Positions 20,171 through 29,590 of a DNA stretch of 64,000 nt are shown piece after piece. Each line of letters opens with the position of its first letter. The first letter of the stretch is position 1. The notes below the pieces were generated by a model that was given only the letters and a program-made list of their open reading frames with translations, was not told the DNA's origin and ran no database searches. Both the position numbers and the translations under genes were made by a program. The DNA comes from an uncultured virus (IMG/VR IMGVR_UViG_3300021371_000010) (taxonomy: Duplodnaviria > Heunggongvirae > Uroviricota > Caudoviricetes): positions 1-64,000 of the IMG/VR virus record IMGVR_UViG_3300021371_000010. One strand, 5' to 3'.

Positions 20171-21739
20171 ATGGCAACAGTAATTCAGATTAAAAGAAGT
20201 ACAGGAGCAAGTGCGCCAGCAGTTAGTGATCTAGCAGAAGGCGAATTGGCGTATGTACAAGATAGATCGAATGATGGTGCTTCTGCTAAACTATTCATTG
20301 AGTCAGTAGATTCAGGATCTTCAGCAGTTATCCATGAAATCGGTGGTAAATACTACACGGACATCGTCGGTGGTAGTAAAGCAACTCCATCAGATTTCTT
20401 AGTTGGTAATGGTTCAACTTCAGGTGGTACTCTAAAACTTATCGAAGATTCCGATAACGGAACAAACTTCGTTGGTATTAAAGCACCAGACTCAGTTGGA
20501 TCTAACGTTACTTTTACAATGCCTTCAGCAGACGGCAGTGCTAACCAAGTATTAGGAACCAATGGTTCAGGACAACTATCATTCTTATCAACAACTTCAA
20601 CACTAGCAGGAGCAACAGACTCAGATATCAGTTCACCAGGTGCAGGACACATTCTTGTTCACGATGGTTCAGATTCATTTGACAACGTAGCACTTTCTGG
20701 TGATGTAACAATGACCTCTGCTGGTGTAGTAACCATCGGGTCAAACGCGGTACAAGTAGGAAACATTGATTTCTTAGTAGACGAAGATAACATGGCATCA
20801 GACTCAGCAGTTAAAGTGCCTTCACAGCAATCAGTCAAAGCATATGTTGATTCACAAGTAACAGCACAAGACTTAGACTTAGCAGGTGACAGTGGTACAG
20901 GTGCAGTTGATTTAGACTCACAATCAATCACTTTCACTGGTGGTACAGGGGTAACAACTTCTGTTTCTAACCAAGCAGTGTCCTTCGCAATTGGTCAATC
21001 AGTTGGAACAACAGACAACGTAACATTTAACAACGTTGAAGTTGACGGAACATTGACTTCAGATGATATCACATCTACAAACATCGCCGCTACAGGTAAC
21101 TTAACAGTTTCAGGAAACTTGACTGTTAATGGTACTACAACAACAGTAAACTCAACTACAGTATCAGTAGATGATCCAGTATTTGAATTGGGTGAAGGGG
21201 CATCAGATGACAACTTAGACAGAGGGATTAAATTCAACTGGCATAATGGTTCATCTGCTAAAGTTGGTTTCTTTGGTATGGACGACTCAGACGGGAAGTT
21301 CAAATTTATCCAAGATGCAACAGATACTTCATCAGTATTCTCAGGATCAGTTGGTAACGTAGCATTTGGTGGTATCGAAGGTACTTCACTTGCATTAAGT
21401 GGTTCAATCACTTCAGTTGACGGATCTGCCCCAACTGCTGGTCAATTAATGATCGGTAATGGATCAAATGGCGATCTAGAACTTGCAACATTGACTGCTG
21501 GTGAAGGTATTGACGTAGCAAACGCAGACGGAAGTATTACAATCAGTGCAGAGTCGGCAACAGCATCTAACTTAGGTGTTGCTTCATTCTCAGCATCATA
21601 CTTCACAGTTAGTTCTGGCGACGTTTCAATTAACGATGCTACAGCAAGTGCTAAAGGTATTGCATCATTCTCCAGTGATAACTTCACTGTATCAAGTGGT
21701 GCGGTAACTGTTACTGCTATCGACGGAGGTACATTCTAA
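20171..21739 (+). CDS. Tail-fibre-like protein (MATVIQIKRS N-terminal domain, C-terminal DGGTF)
   Basis: IQIKRS...L.EGELA N-terminus and GNLTVNGTTTTVNST...DRGI fibre motif. Rich in Gly, Ser and Thr. Confidence 0.75.
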   Translation: MATVIQIKRSTGASAPAVSDLAEGELAYVQDRSNDGASAKLFIESVDSGSSAVIHEIGGKYYTDIVGGSKATPSDFLVGNGSTSGGTLKLIEDSDNGTNFVGIKAPDSVGSNVTFTMPSADGSANQVLGTNGSGQLSFLSTTSTLAGATDSDISSPGAGHILVHDGSDSFDNVALSGDVTMTSAGVVTIGSNAVQVGNIDFLVDEDNMASDSAVKVPSQQSVKAYVDSQVTAQDLDLAGDSGTGAVDLDSQSITFTGGTGVTTSVSNQAVSFAIGQSVGTTDNVTFNNVEVDGTLTSDDITSTNIAATGNLTVSGNLTVNGTTTTVNSTTVSVDDPVFELGEGASDDNLDRGIKFNWHNGSSAKVGFFGMDDSDGKFKFIQDATDTSSVFSGSVGNVAFGGIEGTSLALSGSITSVDGSAPTAGQLMIGNGSNGDLELATLTAGEGIDVANADGSITISAESATASNLGVASFSASYFTVSSGDVSINDATASAKGIASFSSDNFTVSSGAVTVTAIDGGTF

Positions 21740-21787
21740 GCATTTTTTATGTTTAGTGTTTATTTTCAAAGTCAATAGGAGGAAACA

Positions 21788-22615
21788 ATGGCAACAGTAA
21801 TTCAGTTTAAAAGAAGTTCTACTCAGAATGCAGTTCCCGGTACTGGTGATTTATCACTAGGGGAATTAGCAGTCAACACTTATCACGGTAGATTCTATAC
21901 TGAGAAAAACGATGGTTCAGCGGCAGTCGTTGAAGTGGGATCTAATCCCTCATCGTTAACTATCAATGATGCTATTACTTTCCCAACAAGTGATGGTTCT
22001 GCAAACCAGGTATTAAAAACAGATGGAAGTGGATCAGTTTCATTTTCAGATTTACCTAGTTCAGGAATCACAATTTATACCTACTCAATATCGAGTACTA
22101 CAACTTCAATAACAGGTGCAGACGACAGTAGCAATACTTTAGTTTATACTCCTGGTACTGAACAAGTATTCATAAACGGTGTTAAATTGGTAGATGGCGG
22201 TAACGATTATACTGCAACAAACACATCTACAATCACATTGGCAGAGAACGCCATTAGTGGTGATATAGTAGAAGTAGTCGCAATATCAGATGCAAGTAAT
22301 CTTGTTGAAGGATATTTCACTGCTAATACTTTCACTGCTACAACGGCAAATCAGGTACTTTCCAGTAATGGACTAGCAATTAAAGGCATCAAGTATGTCA
22401 TCAATGCTACCCACAGTACAGCAGGAACACACGCGGCCGAAGTGCTATTGATCAATGATGGAACAGATGCATTCTTTGTGCAATACGGTGACGTATACTC
22501 AGATGCATCTCTCTTCACATTATCAGCAGATGTAAATTCAGGTAATATGAGACTTCTCGTAACACCTGCAAATACTAACACAACCATTGACACATTTCAA
22601 ATAAGACATAGTTAA
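21788..22615 (+). CDS. Fibre-associated protein
   Basis: MATVIQFKRS...GELAVN N-terminus, paralogous to 20171. Has VFINGVKL...DY and a C-terminal domain shared with 22627 and 23101. Confidence 0.7.
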   Translation: MATVIQFKRSSTQNAVPGTGDLSLGELAVNTYHGRFYTEKNDGSAAVVEVGSNPSSLTINDAITFPTSDGSANQVLKTDGSGSVSFSDLPSSGITIYTYSISSTTTSITGADDSSNTLVYTPGTEQVFINGVKLVDGGNDYTATNTSTITLAENAISGDIVEVVAISDASNLVEGYFTANTFTATTANQVLSSNGLAIKGIKYVINATHSTAGTHAAEVLLINDGTDAFFVQYGDVYSDASLFTLSADVNSGNMRLLVTPANTNTTIDTFQIRHS

Positions 22616-22626
22616 GGAGTAAAGAC

Positions 22627-23037
22627 ATGGCAAAAACAAACGCATTTAAACTTGCTGAGTTAATCAGAGTCTTCCAATACGATTCTTCAAATGATGTCAT
22701 AACAACTTCAAAGAGAACAGAAGACAAGAACAAAAAGAGAGGTAATGCAACTAAGACTGCTACTGATCAATTTGCACTTGACACTTTTGCGAAAAACGAC
22801 TTTAGAGCGGCAAGATATATTATTGCTATGACTAAAGGTAGTGATTTTCATTCGACTGAAGTTATGTTAGTACACGACGGAAGCACTGTGACTCTTACTC
22901 AGTATGGGACATTAAAAGATAGTACGTTAGCAACAATTGATGCAGATATCTCAGGATCAAACGTGAGATTGTTAGTAACACCAGCAAGTGCTACATCAAC
23001 AACAATCAAGTTTGACAGGACATTAGTAGACGCATAA
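22627..23037 (+). CDS. Fibre-associated protein
   Basis: Carries the shared C-terminal domain FR.A.Y.I...EV...HDG...QYG...ADI...VRLLVTPA. Confidence 0.65.
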   Translation: MAKTNAFKLAELIRVFQYDSSNDVITTSKRTEDKNKKRGNATKTATDQFALDTFAKNDFRAARYIIAMTKGSDFHSTEVMLVHDGSTVTLTQYGTLKDSTLATIDADISGSNVRLLVTPASATSTTIKFDRTLVDA

Positions 23038-23057
23038 TTTTTTAACGATATATTATT

Positions 23058-23086
23058 AGGGGGACATAAAGTCCCCCTTTCTTTTT
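23058..23086 (+). terminator. Rho-independent terminator
   Basis: AGGGGGAC-ATAAA-GTCCCCCT stem-loop followed by TTCTTTTT. Confidence 0.85.
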
Positions 23087-23087
23087 G

Positions 23088-23095
23088 TATAAATA
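23088..23095 (+). promoter_or_regulatory. Late promoter TATAAATA, 5 nt before the ATG
   Basis: Exact consensus immediately after the terminator. Confidence 0.8.
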
Positions 23096-23100
23096 GTATT

Positions 23101-23928
23101 ATGGCAACGAAAGCAAAGTTTTACACTGATCTAGGATTACAATCAGCATTAGATTCACAAGTTGATGGCGACTTAACTGTTACAGGTGATCTTACTGTTC
23201 AGGGTTCAAACGTAATTGTCAATTCAACGACAACTTCAGTTGCAGATAACTTATTTGAATTAGCAAATGGTAATACAAGTTCTGATATATTAGATATTGG
23301 TTTTTACGGAAACTATGATGACGGATTATCAGATAGTGGTGCCACTGAATACACAGGATTATTCAGAGATGCTAGTGATTCAACATGGAAATTATTTGAT
23401 GGGTTAGAAGTAGAACCTGGTAATACAGTCAATACTTCGGGGTCAGGTTATGCATTAGCAGACTTACAAGTAGGAGATATTACAGCAACTACTTTAACTG
23501 TTACTAATAGTATAACAGGATCAAACATCTCTTACCCAACGTCTGATGGATCAGCAGGGCAAGTACTTACTACAAATGGAAGTGGTACACTATCATTTCA
23601 AGATCGAGATGATGAGGGTTCGTTAACAACTACTTCAACAAGTATTACAAATCTCGATACATTCTCAGTATCAAGTTTTAGAGGTGGCAACTACACTATA
23701 ACATTATCAGATGCAACAAGTGGTGTGTACGAAGTGACTCAGATAAATATAATACATGATGGTTCCAACGTATCAATGTCGCAATTTGGTACAGTGTTAC
23801 AAGGCGGAAGCAGTGAACTTGCAACATTTAGTGTTGATATAAGTTCTTCAAGTGTTAGACTTAGAATTACTCCAGCATCAACAAATTCAACTATTACAAA
23901 ATTCAAAAAAAGTTTGATAGATGTTTAG
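23101..23928 (+). CDS. Fibre-associated protein
   Basis: GDLTVQG..VNSTT, DIGFYG.Y, YTGLFRDASD..WKLF and YPTSDGSAGQVLTTNGSG motifs, plus the shared C-terminal domain. Confidence 0.7.
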   Translation: MATKAKFYTDLGLQSALDSQVDGDLTVTGDLTVQGSNVIVNSTTTSVADNLFELANGNTSSDILDIGFYGNYDDGLSDSGATEYTGLFRDASDSTWKLFDGLEVEPGNTVNTSGSGYALADLQVGDITATTLTVTNSITGSNISYPTSDGSAGQVLTTNGSGTLSFQDRDDEGSLTTTSTSITNLDTFSVSSFRGGNYTITLSDATSGVYEVTQINIIHDGSNVSMSQFGTVLQGGSSELATFSVDISSSSVRLRITPASTNSTITKFKKSLIDV

Positions 23929-24003
23929 TAATCCCTGTTTTAGAGTGAACAGTCTTACTAAATAATAATGTTAACAATCTTAGATTAGAGGATTATATAA
24001 ACC

Positions 24004-24264
24004 ATGGCAACACAAAACTCATTTGTTATTGAATACGGACTCACAGTAGGGTCCACTGAAGTAATCAACTCCTCAGGTAAAATCATAGCAAGTGCATTGT
24101 CAAATATTGACGCCGATGATATTTCCGAAGGATCAACGAATACATACTTCACAAACGCAAAGGCAAGAGGTGCTATAAGTTTAGCATCAGGCGAAACAAA
24201 TTTAAACTACAATTCTACCACTGGAGAATTTTCATTACCAACAGTTGACGGAGGAACCATTTAA
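24004..24264 (+). CDS. Small fibre-associated protein ending in DGGTI
   Basis: N-terminus paralogous to 24264 (F.I..GL.VGS.EVI.S.G.I.AS.LS). Contains one EGSTNTYFT unit. Confidence 0.65.
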   Translation: MATQNSFVIEYGLTVGSTEVINSSGKIIASALSNIDADDISEGSTNTYFTNAKARGAISLASGETNLNYNSTTGEFSLPTVDGGTI

Positions 24265-26129
24265 TGTCAAGCAAAAATTTTATAATCAAAAATGGACTTT
24301 CAGTTGGAAGTAATGAGGTAATCGACAGTAATGGTAATATTGTAGCAAGTAACCTGAGTGAAACAATTGACGATAGAGTCAATACACTTTTAACAGCAGG
24401 TTCAGGAATCTCATTGTCATATAATGACAGTGCAAATACTTTAACAATTACAGGTAATGTCGGAGACATCACAGGAGTTAACGCAGGTGCTGGTTTAACA
24501 GGAACTGCAACTTCAGGTGATGCAACACTAAACATTGGTGCTGGTACTGGTATCACTGTAAACGCAGATGATATCGCAGTTAATATGTCTGCATTCGATA
24601 CAGACAACCTTTCAGAAGGTTCTTCAAACTTATACTTTTCAAACGAGAGAGTTGATGATAGAGTAAATGCATTAATCACAGCAGGTTCTAACATTACAAC
24701 ATCATATGATGATGCGGCAGGAACATTAACAATTAATGCTACTGAAGATAATCTTTCTAATAATGATACAGATGATTTAACAGAAGGTTCAACAAACTTG
24801 TATCATACGACAGCAAGAGCAAGAGCATCTATCAGTGCTGGTGGCGATCTAAGTTATAACTCTTCAACAGGTGTCATCTCATTTACAAACGATGCTGGTG
24901 ATATATCATCAGTTGTTGCTGGAGATGGTTTAACAGGTGGTGGTACATCAGGAGATGTAACACTAAACGTAGTTGCTGGTACAGGTATTACTGCAAATGC
25001 AAATGACATTGCAGTTAATATGGGTGCTTTTGATACAGACAATCTATCAGAAGGGTCATCTAATCTTTACCACACTTCAGCAAGAGTAGATTCAAGAATT
25101 GCATTACAAGTCGGTGCTAATCTAAGTTTAGCAAATAAAGATACCGATGATCTAGGAGAAGGTTCAAGTAACCTTTATCATACAGCAGAAAGAGTTTCAG
25201 ATGTTGTTGGTGCCATGGTATCATCTAACACTGAAAGTGGCATTAGTGTCACATATGACGATAATGATAATACACTAGACTTTGCAGTAAGTCTATCACC
25301 ATTTAGTACAACTAATTTATCTGAAGGTTCTAATCTATACTTTACTAACGCAAGAGCAGATGCTAGAGTTTCAGCAACTTTACCAGACACAGATTCATTA
25401 AGTGAAGGTTCAAGTAACCTTTACCACACTACAGCAAGAGTTAGAGGGGCAGTATCTGCCTCTGGAGATTTATCTTATAACTCTTCTACTGGTGTATTCT
25501 CATACTCAGAACCTACAATGTATGCTGATTCAGATGCCAGAGGTGCTATCAGTGTAACAGATAGTGGTGGTGACGGATCGTTAACATACAATTCGGGTAC
25601 AGGTGTTATCACATATAACGGACCAAGTTCATCTGAAGTAAGATCACACTTCTCAGCAGGAACAGGGGTTGGATTATCAGGCGGTTCAATTAGTATCGGT
25701 CAGGCAGTTTCAACCAGCAGTAACGTAACTTTTAATGACTTAGTTGTTTCAGGTGACTTAACTGTTAATGGTTCAACTTCAACAGTATCATCAACTAATA
25801 CAACTATCGAAGATACGTTGTTAGAGTTAGGAACAGGAACTACTGGTAGTCCTTCAAATGATGCTGGTATCGTCATCGAAAGAGGTGACGAGTCAAATGT
25901 CTTTATGGGATGGGACGATAGTGCAAGTAGATTTGTAGTTGCAACAACAACTGCAACTGGATCTTCTACAGGTGCTTTATCGTTAACTGAGGCCAACTTT
26001 AGGGCATCTCAGATTACAACATCATACGCATCTAATAGTGGTGGTGTTGCAAGGAATGTGTATCAATCAACTTCTGCTCCAACTGGTTCAGACGGTGCAG
26101 TTGGTGATATGTGGATTACATATTCTTAA
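24264..26129 (+). CDS. Fibre protein 2 with EGSSNLY(F/H) repeats
   Basis: 621 aa with repeated DTDxLSEGSSNLY units. C-terminal SAPTGSDGAVGDMWITYS tip motif. Confidence 0.75.
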   Translation: MSSKNFIIKNGLSVGSNEVIDSNGNIVASNLSETIDDRVNTLLTAGSGISLSYNDSANTLTITGNVGDITGVNAGAGLTGTATSGDATLNIGAGTGITVNADDIAVNMSAFDTDNLSEGSSNLYFSNERVDDRVNALITAGSNITTSYDDAAGTLTINATEDNLSNNDTDDLTEGSTNLYHTTARARASISAGGDLSYNSSTGVISFTNDAGDISSVVAGDGLTGGGTSGDVTLNVVAGTGITANANDIAVNMGAFDTDNLSEGSSNLYHTSARVDSRIALQVGANLSLANKDTDDLGEGSSNLYHTAERVSDVVGAMVSSNTESGISVTYDDNDNTLDFAVSLSPFSTTNLSEGSNLYFTNARADARVSATLPDTDSLSEGSSNLYHTTARVRGAVSASGDLSYNSSTGVFSYSEPTMYADSDARGAISVTDSGGDGSLTYNSGTGVITYNGPSSSEVRSHFSAGTGVGLSGGSISIGQAVSTSSNVTFNDLVVSGDLTVNGSTSTVSSTNTTIEDTLLELGTGTTGSPSNDAGIVIERGDESNVFMGWDDSASRFVVATTTATGSSTGALSLTEANFRASQITTSYASNSGGVARNVYQSTSAPTGSDGAVGDMWITYS

Positions 26130-26156
26130 TTGATTTATAACAGGAAAAATTTGTAA

Positions 26157-27914
26157 ATGGCGTCAGGCAATCAGAAAATAAAAACCCCTTCGGGTTGGAA
26201 TAGCACAAGAGGTGCTTGGGTAAAGACTGGTGGTACAACTTGGAAGTCAGTAGATCAAATCTATGTCAAGACTCCTACAGGTTGGAACGATGCATCTGGT
26301 CAAGAGAACGCACAGCAACCATATCCTTATATTGCCAATGCTCAAAATCCTGTTATAAGACAACAAGTACAACCATATCCGTACATTGCAAATGCTCAAA
26401 ATCCGGTTATAAGACAGCAAACGCAACCGTATCCTTACATTGCGAATGCACAGAATCCGTTCATACGTCAACAGACACAACCTTATCCTTATATTGCGAA
26501 TGCACAGAATCCATTTATAAGAAATAGACAAACGCCGTTTACGTATCAGTATCAGTCCCCAAGTACATATGCTACTCAAGGAAATACACAGGTACCTTAT
26601 GATCATCAATCACCATTTACTTACGAAACGCAAGGGTCGACAAGAGGTAATACTCAAACACCATTTACTTACCCATACATTCAACCACTGATCGGGAATA
26701 CTCAAGAGTCAAACTCGTATATACATCAGGTTGCAACTACTGGTAATACAAGATCACCATTTACATATGCATATCAAGTAGATGCTAGAGGCAATACACA
26801 AGAACCGAATATCTATAATTATCAAGTAACAACTACTGGTAATACAAGATCGCCGTTTACATACGCATACCAAGTTGATGCTAGAGGTAGTACACAAGAA
26901 CCGAATACTTACATCTATCAAGTATCAACTACTGGTCAGACAAGGTCACCATTTACTTACCCTTTCATTGCTAACGCAACAGGGAATACTCAGGAACCTA
27001 ATACATATTCATATGGTGTTCCTAATATTGGTAATACAAGATCACCATTTACATACGCATTCCAAGTAGATGCACAAGGTGTAACTGCTGGAGTTACTAG
27101 ATCACCATTTACATATGCATATCAAGTAGATGCTAGAGGAAGTACGCAACAACCTAATACATATAATATACAAACAGCAACGATTGGTCAGACAAGGTCA
27201 CCATTCACGTATGCATATCAAGTAGATGCTAGAGGAAGTACTCAGCAACCTAATACTTACATTTATCAAGTTACTACAACTGGTAATACAAGATCACCAT
27301 TCACGTATGCATATCAAGTAGATGCTAGAGGAAGTACTCAACAACCAAACACTTACCCATTTACTGTAAATGCTAATGGGTCAACTAGATCGCCATTTAC
27401 TTACCCTTATATCGCCAATGCTACTGGTAATACTAGATCACCATTTACGTACCCTTACATAGCAAACGCAACAGGGAATACTAGATCACCATTTAGATAC
27501 CCTTATATACAACCTTTAATTGGGAACACCACAGGAAATACTACGGGTAACACAAGAGTTAATGCACAGGAACCTAATACAACACCTACAACATATCCGT
27601 ATACAGTAAATGCTCAAGAACCAAACAGAACACCTACAACATATCCGTATACAGTAAATGCACAGCAACCAGTGCCATATCCGTTTACATACCCATACAC
27701 AGTAAACGCAACAGGGAATTCACGAAATCCATTTACATACCCGTATACAGTCAATGCAACAGGGAATTCAATCGGTAGTACAAGATCACCATACAGATTC
27801 CCATTTAGAACACCGACTAGAGTACCATGGAGAGTCACAGCACAGCAACCCAGTCAGGGAAGATTCCCATTCTTCTTTAGTCCAGGAGGAGGTTTACCAC
27901 AATTCTTAAAATAA
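26157..27914 (+). CDS. Mirror-repeat filament protein A
   Basis: N-terminal Trp-rich KTPSGW/WVKTGGTTWK/IYVKTPTGW domain, then ~530 aa of 16- and 18-aa repeats. Confidence 0.7.
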   Translation: MASGNQKIKTPSGWNSTRGAWVKTGGTTWKSVDQIYVKTPTGWNDASGQENAQQPYPYIANAQNPVIRQQVQPYPYIANAQNPVIRQQTQPYPYIANAQNPFIRQQTQPYPYIANAQNPFIRNRQTPFTYQYQSPSTYATQGNTQVPYDHQSPFTYETQGSTRGNTQTPFTYPYIQPLIGNTQESNSYIHQVATTGNTRSPFTYAYQVDARGNTQEPNIYNYQVTTTGNTRSPFTYAYQVDARGSTQEPNTYIYQVSTTGQTRSPFTYPFIANATGNTQEPNTYSYGVPNIGNTRSPFTYAFQVDAQGVTAGVTRSPFTYAYQVDARGSTQQPNTYNIQTATIGQTRSPFTYAYQVDARGSTQQPNTYIYQVTTTGNTRSPFTYAYQVDARGSTQQPNTYPFTVNANGSTRSPFTYPYIANATGNTRSPFTYPYIANATGNTRSPFRYPYIQPLIGNTTGNTTGNTRVNAQEPNTTPTTYPYTVNAQEPNRTPTTYPYTVNAQQPVPYPFTYPYTVNATGNSRNPFTYPYTVNATGNSIGSTRSPYRFPFRTPTRVPWRVTAQQPSQGRFPFFFSPGGGLPQFLK

Positions 27915-29490
27915 GAATTAAGGAAAAGTAATTATGGCACAAGGACCTTATCAATATAGAGCAACAGTTAGAAGTCCAACAGACTACCCTGTGTTTATCA
28001 ATGCACAAGGGAGTGCCCAACAACCGAATGGATATCCGTTCACTTACCCGTATATTGCTAACGCAACAGGGAACAGTAGACAACCATTCACTTACCCATA
28101 TATTGCTAACGCAACAGGGAGTACAATTGGTGCTACTAGATCCCCTTACATAGCAAACGCAACTGGTAATACAAGGGTACCATTTAGATCCCCTTACATA
28201 GCAAACGCAACTGGTAACACGATTGTACCATTTAGGTCGCCATATAGACAACCTACTACTTATCCATTTACTTATCCGTTTACATATGCGTATCAAGTAG
28301 ATGCTAGAGGTAGTACACAGCAACCTAATACTTACCCATTTACTGTAAATGCTACAGGGAGCACACAGCAACCTAACACTTACCCATTTACTGTAAATGC
28401 TACAGGGAATACTCAAGAACCAAATATTTACCCTTATATCGCCAATGCTACTGGTAATACTAGATCACCATTTAGATATCCGTATATTCAACCGTTAATC
28501 GGGAATACACAAGAACCAAATACGTATATCTTCCAAACAGCAACAATTGGTAATACTAGATCGCCGTTTAGATACCCATATATTCAACCTCTAATCGGGA
28601 ATACACAAGAACCTAATACTTACATATATCAGACACCAAGTATTGGTAACACTAGATCACCATTTAGATACCCTTACATTCAACCTCTAATCGGGAATAC
28701 ACAAGAGGCAAATCCGTATGCATTTAGATATCCGTATATTCAACCACTAATTGGGAATACGCAAGAACCTAACACATACTCATTCCAAGTTACAACTATT
28801 GGTAATACTAGATCGCCTTTCACTTACCCATATACAGTGAATGCTACAGGGAATACTCAGGAACCAAATACGTATATCTATCAAACAGCAACGATTGGTA
28901 ACACTAGATCGCCGTTTAGATACCCATATATACAACCTCTGATTGGGAATACACAAGAACCTAACACATATATTTTCCAGTCACCAGCATCTGGTAGCAC
29001 AAGATCGCCGTTTAGATATCCGTTTATTCAACCGTTGATCGGGTCTACTCAAGAACCTAATACTTACATATATCAAGTTTCTACACCAGGTATAACTAGA
29101 TCGCCATTTACATATGCGTATCAAGTAGATGCAACAGGTAACACTAGACAACCTAACAGATATCCATTTACATATCCGTACATTGCAACTGGTCAGCAAC
29201 CTAATATTAGACAGCAGACACAACCGTATCCTTATATTGCTAACGCAGTGAATCCGTTCATTAGAGATGCTAGACAACCAGCAACATATAATCACAGATC
29301 ACCTAGCACTTACGCAACTCAAGGGAATACACAAGTGCCATATAATCATAGATCCCCAAGTACATATGCTACTCAAGGAAATACTCAAGTGCCTTATAAC
29401 CATAGATCCCCAAGTACATATGCTACTCAAGGAACTACAAGGGTACCATACAGTCATAGATCCCCAAGTACATATGCAAGACAGGGTAGA
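26313..29490 (+). repeat. Coding tandem repeats (48-nt and 54-nt units) across genes A and B
   Basis: Units encode QPYPYIANAQNPxIR, NTRSPFTYAYQVDARG, NTRSPFRYPYIQPLIG and SPSTYATQGNTQVPYNHR. Variation is mostly at synonymous positions. Confidence 0.9.
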
Positions 29491-29556
29491 AATCCTGTGA
29501 TCAGATGGGATGGAGACTTAGATAACCAATGGCCAGGTTCTCCAATTACGTCATAA
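27934..29556 (+). CDS. Mirror-repeat filament protein B (partner of 26157-27914)
   Basis: 540 aa made almost entirely of repeats, with an AAGGA RBS. Starts MAQ, like 17577. Confidence 0.7.
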   Translation: MAQGPYQYRATVRSPTDYPVFINAQGSAQQPNGYPFTYPYIANATGNSRQPFTYPYIANATGSTIGATRSPYIANATGNTRVPFRSPYIANATGNTIVPFRSPYRQPTTYPFTYPFTYAYQVDARGSTQQPNTYPFTVNATGSTQQPNTYPFTVNATGNTQEPNIYPYIANATGNTRSPFRYPYIQPLIGNTQEPNTYIFQTATIGNTRSPFRYPYIQPLIGNTQEPNTYIYQTPSIGNTRSPFRYPYIQPLIGNTQEANPYAFRYPYIQPLIGNTQEPNTYSFQVTTIGNTRSPFTYPYTVNATGNTQEPNTYIYQTATIGNTRSPFRYPYIQPLIGNTQEPNTYIFQSPASGSTRSPFRYPFIQPLIGSTQEPNTYIYQVSTPGITRSPFTYAYQVDATGNTRQPNRYPFTYPYIATGQQPNIRQQTQPYPYIANAVNPFIRDARQPATYNHRSPSTYATQGNTQVPYNHRSPSTYATQGNTQVPYNHRSPSTYATQGTTRVPYSHRSPSTYARQGRNPVIRWDGDLDNQWPGSPITS

Positions 29557-29590
29557 ATACTTTTAGTATTTAAAAACAATTAGTTATATT

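Noticed and set aside
26313..29490. CRISPR array
   Set aside because: Units are in-frame multiples of 3 with synonymous variation. There are no unique spacers between invariant repeats and no cas genes.
26157..29556. DNA inverted repeat or invertible segment as the cause of the A/B mirror symmetry
   Set aside because: Both genes are on the + strand and share direct repeats. The reverse complement of an A unit that I checked does not appear in B, and no recombinase is present.
15943..29556. RiPP-like multi-core precursor peptides
   Set aside because: Tempting given the nearby tailoring enzymes, but there is no leader/protease-site pattern or transporter. The mirror register and fibre context fit a structural role better.
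13950..29556. Diversity-generating retroelement acting on the fibres
   Set aside because: No reverse transcriptase in the window and no TR/VR pair with adenine-specific differences seen.
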